64,000 nucleotides of DNA. Source: Thermoleophilia bacterium (lineage in GTDB: Bacteria; Actinomycetota; Thermoleophilia; RBG-16-64-13). The stretch lies in NCBI GenBank assembly GCA_027493445.1, contig JAOSKU010000001.1, positions 1,803,936 through 1,867,935 on the forward strand, in the 5' to 3' direction. Shown here piece by piece: positions 10,718-20,640 of this stretch. The translations under genes and the position numbers were made by a program. Positions within the stretch are counted from its first letter, which is position 1; every line of letters starts with the position of its first letter. The notes beneath the pieces are model-generated. The model ran no database searches. It was not told the DNA's origin and saw nothing but the letters and a program-made list of their open reading frames with translations.

Positions 10718-10983
10718 TCGCTATCAGACAAAGCCGCCCGGCATCGTGCTCGCTCAGTGTTCCTAGTGCGCTCTTGGAAGATAGACCACCCCGGGTGAAA
10801 GCCGGATGCATCCTTGGTTGGATTCTGGCCAGATCGCACGTATGGCAATTCCAGGATCTGGGCGCCGGGTATCACCCGCGACTGCTACCTGGATTTGCCT
10901 TTCGCCGCAGGCCCCGGAACTCCGCAGGCGGAGCCGGGTATCACCATTGGGGTGGAAATGGCGACGGCGCCCCCCGCCGGCCC

Positions 10984-11610
10984 CTACGCCGGCGGCCAGG
11001 GCTGGGACGGTGGCTGCGGCGGTGGCTGCGGCTGCCCCTGCTGCGACTGGGGCGGCCACCCCTCTGGATGCCCTTGTGGCTGCGGGCCCGGCCACGGCTG
11101 CCCGGGCGGAACCTCCCTGGGCCACGGCTGCGGCTGGTGCGGCTGACCCGGCCACTGTCCCGGCCGCGGCTGCAACCCGGGCGGCGCGACACGCGCCGCC
11201 CGGCGCGCCAGGACTCCTGCAATCAGCGCGAGCAAGGGGGGTCCAGCAAGGGGCCCGGCCACCGGCGCCAGGAACTGGACCCCATCGGGCTGAAGGGCCA
11301 CCAGCGCCCCGGCGGCCCCGGCGGCGGCCAGCAGCCCGAGGACACCCGGCAGCACCAGGAACCACAGGGCTGTGCGCCGGCTCTTCGGTCCCACGAACAC
11401 CCCGATCAAAGCCGGAAGCGCCACCAAAGCCAAGATGAGCGCGCCGCTCCCGAAGATCCCCAACGCCAGGAACACGGCGCCGGGCCCCCGGCCTCCGTCC
11501 CAGGTCTCTGGATCGCGCAGGACCTCGCGGACTAGAAACACCAGGTTGGCCGCTACCAGACCGGCCGCAACGGCGGCCACGAACGCCAGGAGTCGTCCGG
11601 TGATTCTCAT
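10984..11610 (-). CDS. Hypothetical membrane protein (about 4 TM) with Pro/Gln/Trp-rich tail
   Basis: Hydrophobic segments followed by GQ(P)WP repeats; ATGA overlap with the upstream gene. Confidence 0.6.
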   Translation of the reverse strand: MRITGRLLAFVAAVAAGLVAANLVFLVREVLRDPETWDGGRGPGAVFLALGIFGSGALILALVALPALIGVFVGPKSRRTALWFLVLPGVLGLLAAAGAAGALVALQPDGVQFLAPVAGPLAGPPLLALIAGVLARRAARVAPPGLQPRPGQWPGQPHQPQPWPREVPPGQPWPGPQPQGHPEGWPPQSQQGQPQPPPQPPSQPWPPA

Positions 11611-12725
11611 GGCCGGCCTCCTACCGGCGGCCCAAGAGACCCTGGAGCCGGCTCCTCAGCGGGCCGGTCCCACAGCGGTCGGCCGACGCGAAGCAGCGCA
11701 TCCAGAGGTCGCAGGAAGCCCTCCCGCAACGCGGACCGCACCGTGTCGTGGCGGGCGACCCAGCGAGCCAGACCGGGACCGTTGCGCTCGTACCACCCGA
11801 TGAAAGCCCGGCCGGCCGGCCGCGGGCGCAGCACCCGTTCCCGGAAGGTCCGCAGCACGGCTATCTCCTGGGCCACCGGGGTGCCGTAGGCTATGGTAGC
11901 CACGAAGCAGTCGATCTCCTCGCCGGCCGTCTCCCCGCCCGATCCGCTGACCTTCCAGGGCGGAGCCTCCGGGTCGAAGGAGTTGGTCGACTCGATGATC
12001 ACCCGCTCGTTCCCGGAGGTGCCGCCTTTGAGATACGGGTTCTCCTGGGCCTCCGCGGCGCTCAAAGCCTTCCCTAGCCAGCCGTCGACCACCCAGGCGT
12101 CGCCGCCCCAGGTGGTCGGATCGTTGGGATCGGCCCCGTCGGCCATGCCCCAGACGGCGATCTCGTGCCCGGGAGCGGTCAGGATGCGGACGTTGCCCGC
12201 CACGCCGGCGTGTTTGAGGATGTAGTAGGCGGTGTTGGCCTGCTCGCTGCACTGGCTCAGGCGGTTTTCCCAGGCCCATTCGGCTGTGTGCCGGTAGTCG
12301 AAGTCGTTGCGGTCGCGCCACTCCCCGAAAGCCTTGTCCGCGGCGCTCTCTCCGAAGACGCTCAGCCAGTTCCCGGGGATGCTCATGCGCTCGAAGCTGT
12401 TCACGTTGACCATGCGCCGGTCGAGCACCCCGGTGAGCCAGGCGGCGATCTCGTCCCGGGGAGTTCCGGCTTGGTCCAGTGTGCGGACAACTCGCACGGC
12501 TTCGTCGAGGGTGTCGGGGTCGGTGGCAGGAAGGTCGGCAGCCCAGGCATTCACGGGGAGCACAATGAGCATCAGGCAGACACTCAGGAGTACAGCGGCC
12601 CGGAGATACCCGCCGCGCCTATCTCGCCCGCGGTCGTGCGACACGACTAGCCCCCCTTTCGCGACGCTGCCTGTGAGTCCGGCCGGCTGAGCACAGCGCG
12701 ACTCGAGTCCAAGCATGGAGTCCAA
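11607..12725 (-). CDS. Secreted protein with putative papain/transglutaminase-like Cys-His-Asp core and C-terminal CFI-box-CTERM domain
   Basis: Signal peptide ending in AWA; QCSEQA, GHEIAVW and WVVDGW; DCFVATIAYG...LRTFRERVL...GRAFIGWY. True start is probably downstream of 12725. Confidence 0.65.
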   Translation of the reverse strand: MDSMLGLESRCAQPAGLTGSVAKGGLVVSHDRGRDRRGGYLRAAVLLSVCLMLIVLPVNAWAADLPATDPDTLDEAVRVVRTLDQAGTPRDEIAAWLTGVLDRRMVNVNSFERMSIPGNWLSVFGESAADKAFGEWRDRNDFDYRHTAEWAWENRLSQCSEQANTAYYILKHAGVAGNVRILTAPGHEIAVWGMADGADPNDPTTWGGDAWVVDGWLGKALSAAEAQENPYLKGGTSGNERVIIESTNSFDPEAPPWKVSGSGGETAGEEIDCFVATIAYGTPVAQEIAVLRTFRERVLRPRPAGRAFIGWYERNGPGLARWVARHDTVRSALREGFLRPLDALLRVGRPLWDRPAEEPAPGSLGPPVGGRP

Positions 12726-13028
12726 GCATACCCGACTTCACTGGACTCAGGGAAATCATCGGCATCACCGGGCCGAAGCTGAAGGCAACGATATGACCGT
12801 CTCTCGGGCAGCGCGAACGCCACTCGTCCGCAGCCCGTCGCTCAGATTCTCGGCTCGAGCCTGACGATAGGCGTCGACGGCGGCCATAAGGATTCAGGGC
12901 TCGCCTGCCGAATAGAGTAATTACGGCTCAAGGTGCCGGAACCTCGCGTCGTCGGATCTGAGTGTTTCGTTTGACAGATGAAGTTCGTCTGCCCTAGTAT
13001 CGATACCGCGAACTGACCCCGGGAGAGC

Positions 13029-14503
13029 GTGAACACCTTCACCTACTCCGAGCCACTCACCGGCACGGCCCAGAACCAGGGCCGGTTCCGGCCACGCCGC
13101 ATGCTCGCCGCCCTGGATGCCGCCGCCGCCGGGACGGCCCTGCTGGCGGCCGTCATGGGACTCTCCTTGCGGGGAGTGACCGACCCAGCGGCGCAGCTCT
13201 CCCACATGACCACGCTCGGGCTCACGTACGTGACCCTCGCCCTTCTCCTCTTCCACAACGGACAGTACTCGGTAGGCCGGCGCCTGTCGCGCCTGGACGA
13301 CACGCTCATCCTGCTCCGCAGCCTGGCGCTCGCGTATCTGGTGATCGAGGGGGCGTCCTTCGCCACCAAGGGCTTCTTCACGGGCTTCACCGGTCACTCC
13401 CGGCTGATCGTTTTCGGCGACCTCTTGCTGGCTCTCATCCTCATGGGGGCCGCCCGCTGGGCCCTGCGCGCCTATCAGGTGAGGCTCTACGTGAGCGGCG
13501 CGTCGCTGAGCCGGGTCATCATGGCCGGCTCCGGCCGGGCCGCGGCCGACTTCGCCCGCTTCCTCGAGCGCCGTCCGTGGTTGGGCGTGCGTTGCGCCGG
13601 CGGCCTCAGCGTGGCGGGCGAAGGGGGCCGGGCGCCTGCCGCCCGGGCGGTCCCCTGGTCCCGCTCATCGGGAACCTGGCCGAAGCTCGTACTGTCCTGG
13701 CGGCCTACGGTGCGAGCGAGGTGATCGTGGCCCTCGACCCCCACGAGCACCATCACCTGCCACGTATCGCCAGCGAGCTTTCGGGGGCTGGCGTACCCTT
13801 CCGAGTGGTCCCCTCCCTCTTCGAATACGGCTTTAAGTCGGCCACCCTGGCCGGCTTCCAGGAGATGCCCATGGTCGACCTGGGGGTGGACCCCATGGAC
13901 CGAGTGCAGCGCACCCTGAAACGGGCCCTCGACGTGGCCACCGCCGCTCTGGCTCTGTCCCTGACCGCCCCGGCGCTGCTGGCGGTGGCCGCCGCCGTCA
14001 AGCTTACCTCCCCCGGGCCGGTCTTCTTCCGCCAGGAGCGGGTGGGCCACAGAGGGCGCCATTTCCAGATGCTCAAGTTTCGCACCATGGTGCAGGACGC
14101 CGAGACCAGACTCGCGGAGCTGCAGACCCGCAACGAGGCCGAAGGGGCGCTCTTCAAGATCAGGGCCGATCCCCGGCTCACCCGGGTGGGCGCCTTCCTG
14201 CGCGCCTGGAGTCTGGACGAGTTCCCGCAGTTCTGGAACGTACTCCGGGGCGACATGAGCGTGGTCGGGCCCCGGCCGCCCCTGCCCCGAGAGGTGGAGA
14301 CCTACAAGACCCAGCACCACTGCCGGCTCAAGGCCACCCCCGGTATCACCGGCCTCTGGCAGGTCTCGGGCCGCAGCGACCTCAGCTTCGACGAGATGGT
14401 CAAGCTTGACCGCTACTACATCGAGAACTGGTCGGTGGGACTCGACCTGCGGATCCTCCTCAAGACGGCCTATGTGGTGCTGGCCCGCAAGGGCGCGTAT
14501 TAG
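13029..14503 (+). CDS. Polyprenyl-phosphate sugar transferase (WcaJ/WbaP-like priming glycosyltransferase), frameshift at ~13620-13655
   Basis: N-terminal TM helices plus KRALD, FFRQERVG, KFRTM, LDEFPQFWNVLRGDMSVVGPRP and PGITGLWQVSGR. Confidence 0.9.
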
Positions 14504-14516
14504 ATACTATGCGCCC

Positions 14517-14945
14517 ATGAACCCCCTCCTTCACAGCGGGCTTGTCAAGATCGCGCGCGCGTACCGCGTGGATCTCATCTACGCCTTCGGCAGCCGGGCG
14601 GAGGAGGTCGCGTCCCTCCTATCCGGACTCCCGACTCACCCGGAGCATCCCCACTCGGACGCCGACATCGGCGTTCAGCCGGAGCGGGAACACCGCCTCA
14701 CCGCACGCGAGCGCGTCCGCCTCACGCTGGACTTGGAAAGAGAGCTGGGGATCGGGCCCGTGGACCTGGTGATCCTCCCTGAAGCAAACGCGTTCCTGGC
14801 GGCGGAGGTGGTAAGGGGCGAACTGCTCCACGCGCGGGACCTCGACGAAGAGGCCGAGACCCAGCTCTACTACCTGCGCCGGGCCGGCGATCTAGCCCCC
14901 TTCTTCCGCGAGCAATGGCTCGACACCGTAGGGAGCGAGCTGTGA
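14517..14945 (+). CDS. MNT (minimal nucleotidyltransferase) antitoxin, MntA-like
   Basis: YAFGSRA...SDADIG and VDLVIL motifs; TACTAT 6 nt upstream of ATG. Confidence 0.85.
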   Translation: MNPLLHSGLVKIARAYRVDLIYAFGSRAEEVASLLSGLPTHPEHPHSDADIGVQPEREHRLTARERVRLTLDLERELGIGPVDLVILPEANAFLAAEVVRGELLHARDLDEEAETQLYYLRRAGDLAPFFREQWLDTVGSEL

Positions 14946-15400
14946 CCCCCTCCCAGATGCGGGCTGCAACGATTCTCGAGAAAAGCGGGCAGGTGCGTAC
15001 GATGCTGCAGGGCATCACAGACCTACCCTTGGCGAGCCTGCAGGACTTCGTGTCCGACCCGCGCAACCCCGCGGCGGCGGAGTCCTACTTGAGGCGGGCA
15101 CTCGAAGCCCTTCTCGATCTCGGCCGCCACATGTTGGCCAAGAGCTTCGGCCGCGGCCCGGCGGAGTATAAGGAAGTCGCCGCGGCCCTGGCCCGCGCCG
15201 GGGTGCTCGACGAGGCCCAAGGTGCGCTGCTGATGGAGCTCGCCGGCTATCGGAACCGTCTGGTCCACTTCTACGACGAGATCTCCGACCGGGAGCTGTA
15301 CGAGATCTGCTCGGACCAGCTCGGAGACGTCCGCTCCCTCCTTGAGGCCCTGCTGGACTGGGTGCGCCGGCACCCGGAGAGGGTCGACGGCGCCTTGTAG
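14942..15400 (+). CDS. HepT-like (DUF86) HEPN ribonuclease toxin
   Basis: GYRNRLVHFY matches RX4HXY; GTGA overlap with the MNT gene. Confidence 0.88.
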   Translation: MTPSQMRAATILEKSGQVRTMLQGITDLPLASLQDFVSDPRNPAAAESYLRRALEALLDLGRHMLAKSFGRGPAEYKEVAAALARAGVLDEAQGALLMELAGYRNRLVHFYDEISDRELYEICSDQLGDVRSLLEALLDWVRRHPERVDGAL

Positions 15401-15594
15401 AGCCCCCGGGCGTGGCCCTCAGAAGTCCAGCGGCGCCACGGGCCGGGAGGCCGCGAGCTCCGAAGCGCAGGCGCCGCCAACTTCCCGAAGGGTCCGCTTC
15501 CCGGCGGACGCCGGGCGGTTTGGTGGAAGAAGGTGCGGCTCGCGCTGTGCGGCGCGGCGGCGCCGAAGGCGGACTTCACCTGCCGGCGGCCCCG

Positions 15595-15618
15595 AGAGCT
15601 CGTTTCAAGACGAGCTCT
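15595..15618. terminator. Hairpin at the 3' end of the pilin-like gene
   Basis: agagctcgt-ttcaag-acgagctct. Confidence 0.4.
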
Positions 15619-16197
15619 ACGCCGTGGGCACACGCACCACCTCGGCGGACGTGTTGCCTTTGCCATCCACGTAGAAGATGTCCACCGTCTTGGCCGCGGT
15701 GTTGAAGTGGATCACCAGCGAGCCCACCAGGTAGCGCCGGCTGATTTCGTACGGCTGAGAGTCGAACACCTCATACCGGCACTCGGCGTTGTCCGATATG
15801 TAGACCGCGGGGAGGGCGGTGAGGGGATCTGTGGGCAGGGAACGGCTGTTGAGTATGGCGTACGCCCGTTCGCCGTCGGCGTAGGCATTGGAGTAACCCC
15901 CCTTGCTCCCGCTGGCCCGGAGGATCGTCTCCAGATGGGTGCTCAGGTAGCGCTCGGAGCTCCCTCGCCCGCCGGCTGGTAGCTGGAATCGTAACCCGCC
16001 AGCATCTCCTGCTGAACCAGCGAAGCCAGACTGCGCATGTTCATGTCCAGAACCGAGTCGTGGGCTTTCGCGCGAAGAGTCGGAACCCCCAAGGCGACGA
16101 CCGCCGATACGATCACGACTATGACGAGCAGCTCAAGCGCGCTAAAGCCGCCTTCCCGGAAGGAATCGGGGCCACGGGCTGAGGGACCGCCGGCCAT
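15617..16197 (-). CDS. Type IV pilin/pseudopilin-like protein, frameshift at ~15960
   Basis: Class III signal G|FSALELLVIVVIV; continues in another frame as ERYLSTHLETIL...TVDIFYVDGKGNTSAEVVRVPTA*. Confidence 0.7.
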
Positions 16198-16198
16198 G

Positions 16199-17735
16199 CT
16201 ACTCGAAGACCTCCAGCCGGTTCTTGCCATGGGCCTTGGCTGAACGCAGGGCCTGGTCGGCGTGGTGCAACACATCGTCGGCCCCGAGGTGATCGCCGCC
16301 GGCCACCACAAGCCCCGCACTGCTGGTCGCTCTGACCTCTTCGGAGTCGAGGATGAAGGCCTGCTCGAACAGGCCGATGATGCGCCGGCCGACGAGGCTC
16401 GCCTGGTGACCACCGGCGGCATCGGCGATGAGAACCCCGAACTCGTCGTCGCCAAGACGAGCGGCGGTGCCCGCCGGCGGCACCACACTCTCGAGCCGCC
16501 GGGCTACCTGCGCGAGCAGTTCGTCTCCGGCTGCGGGACCCAGGCTGTGGTTTATCAGCTGGAAATCATCCACATCGAGGAGAATGACCGCAGTTCTGGC
16601 GCCCTCCCGCCGAGCGGCCTCCAAGGCTTGCTCCACCCGATCCCTGAACAGAGCCCGATTGGCCAGGCCGGTGAGGGAGTCGTGGGTGGCTCCGATGGCC
16701 CGCAGGCGACCGTTCTCGTGGAGAACCACAATCTGTCTCACGACCACCGCCAGAACCAGGGCAGCGGTTCCGAGAATGATGAACCCCGTTTCAGTCCCCA
16801 GCGAAGAGCGGGTGGCGTAGATCAGCAGCGCCAGCCCGACCGTGATGGAGCCCAAGGGCAGCAGGCCCCCGGCCACGTGGCAGGTTCCTTGGGGGACTCG
16901 TGATTCCCTCTGCCGGATCGAGCGAACTCGGCGTAGCTCGCCCAGGCGAACACGACCCACGACACCATGTAGCCAGCGTCGGACACCCCTCCCGCCTGGG
17001 GCATGTCCTGTATGCTCTGGTATCCGTAGACCACGTCCGCGGCAAGGCCGACGAGAAGGCCGGCACTGAGCAGCACGTGACTCGCGTGGATGCGCTGCCC
17101 TCCGCTCCGCAGCACGAGGTAGATGACTCCCGCCAGGAGCAGCACGTCGCCCACCGGGTAGCCAACGGCGAGGGAGTACGCGAGCAGGCTGTCTTCCCCA
17201 GCGTGCAGGGTGGGAAGGAGGAAGAAGTACGAGACCACCATCCCCCGCCCAGGAAGACGGTGAGGCTGTCCAACCAGAAGGCCGCCTGATGCGAGCGATC
17301 CCGAAACGCGCTGGGGAAAGCCAGCAGGCCGCCCAGCATCAGAGGGTAGTACGCGAGGTAGCCCACGTCGGCCAAGGAGGGGAAAGGCGTCTTACCGAGC
17401 AGGTTCTGATACACGAAGAAGAGCGAGTCGCCCGCGAAGAAGCTCCCGAAGCCCATCGCCAGCAGGCGCCAGGCCCATCTGGATCTTCGTTCGGTCTGAA
17501 TTCCCGACGCAATCCACGCCAGCAGGGTGGTGGCCAGTCCTACAGGGAGCATGCCCAGGTTGGCAATGAACGATCGGTCGGCCGCGTCCCCCCAGTTGAC
17601 AATGACGCCAACCAGGTAGGCGACGCACAGGCCGGAGGCGGCCAGTATCGTGAACATCCAGGGGCGGGCGAGCTGCGCTTTCGCTGCGCGTGCCCGACCA
17701 GAACACCAGCCTTCGATGCTGGCAACCACTCCCAC
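16199..17735 (-). CDS. Membrane-anchored GGDEF-domain protein (diguanylate cyclase-like), two frameshifts (~17245 and ~16870)
   Basis: Multi-TM sensor (PFPSLADVGYLAYYP, YPVGD) across three ORFs, then HDSLTGLANR, DVDDFQLINHSLG, RLGDDEF and ADQAL. Confidence 0.82.
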
Positions 17736-17844
17736 GGGGCCTCACCTCCGGGCGCCAGATCTGCGTCCAGCGCGTTCCGGGTCGCCTTTGAGGGGCAATG
17801 TTGATCCTCGCGCCCCTCCTTATCGGCCAAAACGCCCGTGAAGC

Positions 17845-17963
17845 TTAGGAAGAGCGCCGTAGCTATGGGGACGGGAGCGCAGGACGAGGCTCCGCAGAGG
17901 TCCCGCAGACGCTGCGGCCGGAGCTCCTCACCTGGCGGCGGAGAATACCGGCGGCCGTGGCGC
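17845..17963. repeat. ~120-bp dispersed repeat, copy 1 (copy 2 at 53336-53453)
   Basis: Shared ttaggaagagcgccgtagctatg...gcggccggagctcctcacctggcg. Confidence 0.75.
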
Positions 17964-18021
17964 GGTCGGCGGCCGGCGCATGAAAGAGGATGACTTCAGA
18001 AGGCCGGCGGCGGGCGGGGAG

Positions 18022-18417
18022 CTACGAGAGCGGCACCAGGGCCAGGTCGGTTTGAACCAAGTCCCGTCCCAGGCAGAGCAAGGGCTGGCCGGCCAGTTTG
18101 GCCACGGCGTAGCTCATGCAGTCCCCGTAGCTCAAGGCCGCAGAATGTCTGCCTTTGCCGAAGCGCAGGAACGCCTCCGTCGCTTCATCCCAATGGGCGG
18201 CCGCGAAGGGCACCACTGCGATCTCATATTCCTGAAGGAATCGAGCAAGCTTGGGGCGCGCGTCGCGATCGAGGCGGGCCGACAAGACAAGCGTGGCCTC
18301 GGTCAACGTGGGCGCCCCCACAGCCAAGGGCTCATCGCCCTCCAGCCTGTCCACCACGGCTTGGAAGCCCGGCTCGCGCAGGACAACGGCCACTAGGGCC
18401 GAGGTGTCGACGATCAT
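18022..18417 (-). CDS. vapC: VapC PIN-domain toxin
   Basis: MIVDTSAL and FGKGRHSAALSYGDCMSYA motifs. Confidence 0.92.
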   Translation of the reverse strand: MIVDTSALVAVVLREPGFQAVVDRLEGDEPLAVGAPTLTEATLVLSARLDRDARPKLARFLQEYEIAVVPFAAAHWDEATEAFLRFGKGRHSAALSYGDCMSYAVAKLAGQPLLCLGRDLVQTDLALVPLS

Positions 18418-18686
18418 ACGCCGTCGGAGCCGTAGCCCAGGATCTCGTCGTCGAGTGCGTCGTCATGCGGCTTGTCCAGCAGCTCAGCGGGGATATCCGC
18501 CCAGATCTCCCGCTCGAGGAAACGCCGCCGCTGGGCCGTGCGCGCAGCGCGAGACACGCGCAGTGTGAGTCGATCTCGTTTCTCCTCCAGCGCTTGCCGG
18601 ACCGCTTGGGTCTTGTTCTGACCGCTCAGCCGTGCGACCTCTTCAGCCAAGCGCTCGACGTCCGGGTTCTTGATCGTCAACGCCAT
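18414..18686 (-). CDS. vapB: VapB antitoxin (Rv0623/PSK-type)
   Basis: MALTIKNPDVERLAEEVARLSGQNKTQAVRQAL...DEILGY; GGAGG RBS; ATGA coupling. Confidence 0.9.
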   Translation of the reverse strand: MALTIKNPDVERLAEEVARLSGQNKTQAVRQALEEKRDRLTLRVSRAARTAQRRRFLEREIWADIPAELLDKPHDDALDDEILGYGSDGV

Positions 18687-18854
18687 GATCCCTCCGCTGT
18701 GCGCGCCTACCACCTGATGCCCATGATACCAGAATACTGAACCAATACACCAAGCAGTAACCTTGTCGCTCCTCTCTGGAGGGGAGCGGCCATGAATGCT
18801 GCTACCACCCAGCTCTCCGTGCGCACGCCGGGATAGCCGGCGAAGTCTGCCTGG

Positions 18855-19155
18855 TCATTGGTGACGAGCACTACGTCGAGGGCCACAGCATGAGCCCGCG
18901 ATCAGCATGTCAAGCGCGTCCCTCTTCCTGTTGCGGCTTGCCACGCGCATGGGGCCATGTGCCACCGCGGCCGCCGAATCGAAGGCGGCGGGGACGATAT
19001 CTTCGAGCAGAAGCCGCTGAGAATCGGGCGAACGACGGGAGCACGCGATCCAGCCTCCGCCGCGCCGGGCGTATTCGTATCTCATCGCCGACGCGCTCAA
19101 TCTCCACATCGAGGTCGTTCCGCTCATAGGCGAGTTCCGCAGGAATGCGCACCGC
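18855..19155 (-). pseudogene. Fused remnant of an AbrB-type VapB and a VapC C-terminus
   Basis: VRIPAELAYERNDLDVEIERVGDEIRIRP joined to FDSAAAVAHG...RDALDMLIA...LDVVLVTN. Confidence 0.7.
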
Positions 19156-19182
19156 TTGGGAGTTGAGGGCGCTGATGTGAGC

Positions 19183-19647
19183 CTATGTTGTAGCGACGGA
19201 CGACTTGTATGGCAGCGCTTCCATCTGGAGCAGCCCGGTCAAGGCGTCGAATTCGGGGTCCTTGTGGATCAGCACCGCATCTCCCCGGAGGGCGAACGCC
19301 GCGATGATGGCATCAGCCAGGGAGATACGATGTTCAGCTTTAAGCCGGGCGGCGGTCAGCACAATCGATTCGTCCATGCCCCACAGGATCTTGACGTTCA
19401 GTTGCTTGATCAAAGCGTAGCGGCGGTCCGCCTCCGCCATACCTTCTTCGTGCAGAGTAATGTAGTGCATTTCCAGGAGAACCGGCCAAGGCACGAGCGT
19501 CGTTGCCTGCTTCAACACGTATTCGACCCGGTCTGCACCTGCTTCGTCCTCGATAAGGGCCAAGAGCGCCGATGTGTCAACCAGATAGGGGTTGGATCCG
19601 GTTTCGACAGTTGCGGCCATTTCGTTTCGCTCAGAGGTGCGTTTCAC
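19183..19647 (-). CDS. vapC: PIN-domain (VapC) toxin
   Basis: YLVDTSALLA, AARLKA, ISLADAIIAA and KDPEF motifs; start may be at 19620. Confidence 0.88.
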   Translation of the reverse strand: MKRTSERNEMAATVETGSNPYLVDTSALLALIEDEAGADRVEYVLKQATTLVPWPVLLEMHYITLHEEGMAEADRRYALIKQLNVKILWGMDESIVLTAARLKAEHRISLADAIIAAFALRGDAVLIHKDPEFDALTGLLQMEALPYKSSVATT

Positions 19648-19867
19648 GATCGCGGTCGTCTTGCCGTTCCGCCAGAAGGCGCTCAGTCAGTTTCTTTCCT
19701 CGACTGCGCCCTCGCAGGGCCTTCAGCGGATCGTCCGACACGGGGACGACCCTGATCGTTTCCCCGTCGTCCAGCCACACCAGATGCACTCCGCTATCAA
19801 TGTGGTATCGCTTGCGAATAGCGGCCGGAACGACGGTCTGCCCGCGTCTTGTTACAGCTGTCTGCAT
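19631..19867 (-). CDS. AbrB/MazE-family antitoxin
   Basis: MQTAVTRRGQTVVPAAIRKRYHI; GGAGG RBS. Confidence 0.88.
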   Translation of the reverse strand: MQTAVTRRGQTVVPAAIRKRYHIDSGVHLVWLDDGETIRVVPVSDDPLKALRGRSRGKKLTERLLAERQDDRDRETHL

Positions 19868-19944
19868 GGTTGACCTCCTCTTAGCATACTTTACAAGTCG
19901 CTTGTCGAGAACGCAAGTCTCGCTTCCCACAGACAAGGAGCCCC

Positions 19945-20348
19945 TCAGCGCTCGCCTTCACGCTCCACCAGCTCGGCGAGCCCTGGCAGAGCCCGGATGC
20001 TCATAAACGCTGACATTTCTCTTCTTCCTGAGCCTCTGCAGCCGTCTGACCACCGTCTGCTCCTCGGGCAGAGCGTCTTCCATGAACCGGGAAGTATTGA
20101 CCGCGATTCGCTCGATGGCCCGCATACGGAGCATGCCAATCGGCAGGATCGAAGATGGAGTAGTTCACCTCTCGGCCCAGGGCATTCTCGGCCGAGGAGA
20201 CGGCCTCGTGTAGCTTGTCCTGGTCGATGTCCCCGATGACCATGAGGTCGATGTCGGAGCGGGTGTCTTCGAGGTCCTTGGCTACCGAACCGTAGATGAA
20301 GACAGTCCGGATGGGGCCGATGTCCTCCGCGCGCCGTTTCCGTGACAC
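19945..20348 (-). pseudogene. Remnants of an MNT nucleotidyltransferase and a Phd-type antitoxin
   Basis: FIYGSVAKDLEDTRSDIDLMVIG without an N-terminus; LPGLAELVEREGE matches the antitoxin at 35020-35247. Confidence 0.65.
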
Positions 20349-20414
20349 GCCCTATGATGACTATAACAATAGCCATCTTTGAAGGAGACGATCGTGGGTC
20401 GCGAGTAACTGACA

Positions 20415-20640
20415 GATACCCCCGTGGTCCTACTCCATGGAGCCCGGCAAACAGGCAAGAGCACCTTGGCACAGATGGTGGCCAGAGAGCAGCCGGGGGC
20501 ACGTTACCTCACGCTGGATGACCCTGTCACCCTCTCGGCCGCTCGGGCCGATCCTGCCGGTTTCCTGGCCGGCCTTCGCCAGCTCGCCATCATCGATGAA
20601 GTGCAGCGCGCGCCGGAACTCTTCCTGGCCCTGAAGGCGG
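20415..20640 (+). pseudogene. N-terminal fragment of an AAA_14 (DUF4143-type) ATPase
   Basis: PVVLLHGARQTGKSTL, YLTLDD and IIDEVQRAPELF, then similarity is lost. Confidence 0.75.

Noticed and set aside
10814-11146. Cys/Gly-rich ORF resembling a metallothionein or RiPP precursor
   Set aside because: It is the antisense shadow of the CAG/CCG-rich Pro/Gln tail of the minus-strand gene, and there are no modification enzymes nearby.
12705-12748. Tandem gagtccaagcat repeat with a downstream inverted half-site
   Set aside because: Only two short copies. It may be an operator, but the evidence is too weak.
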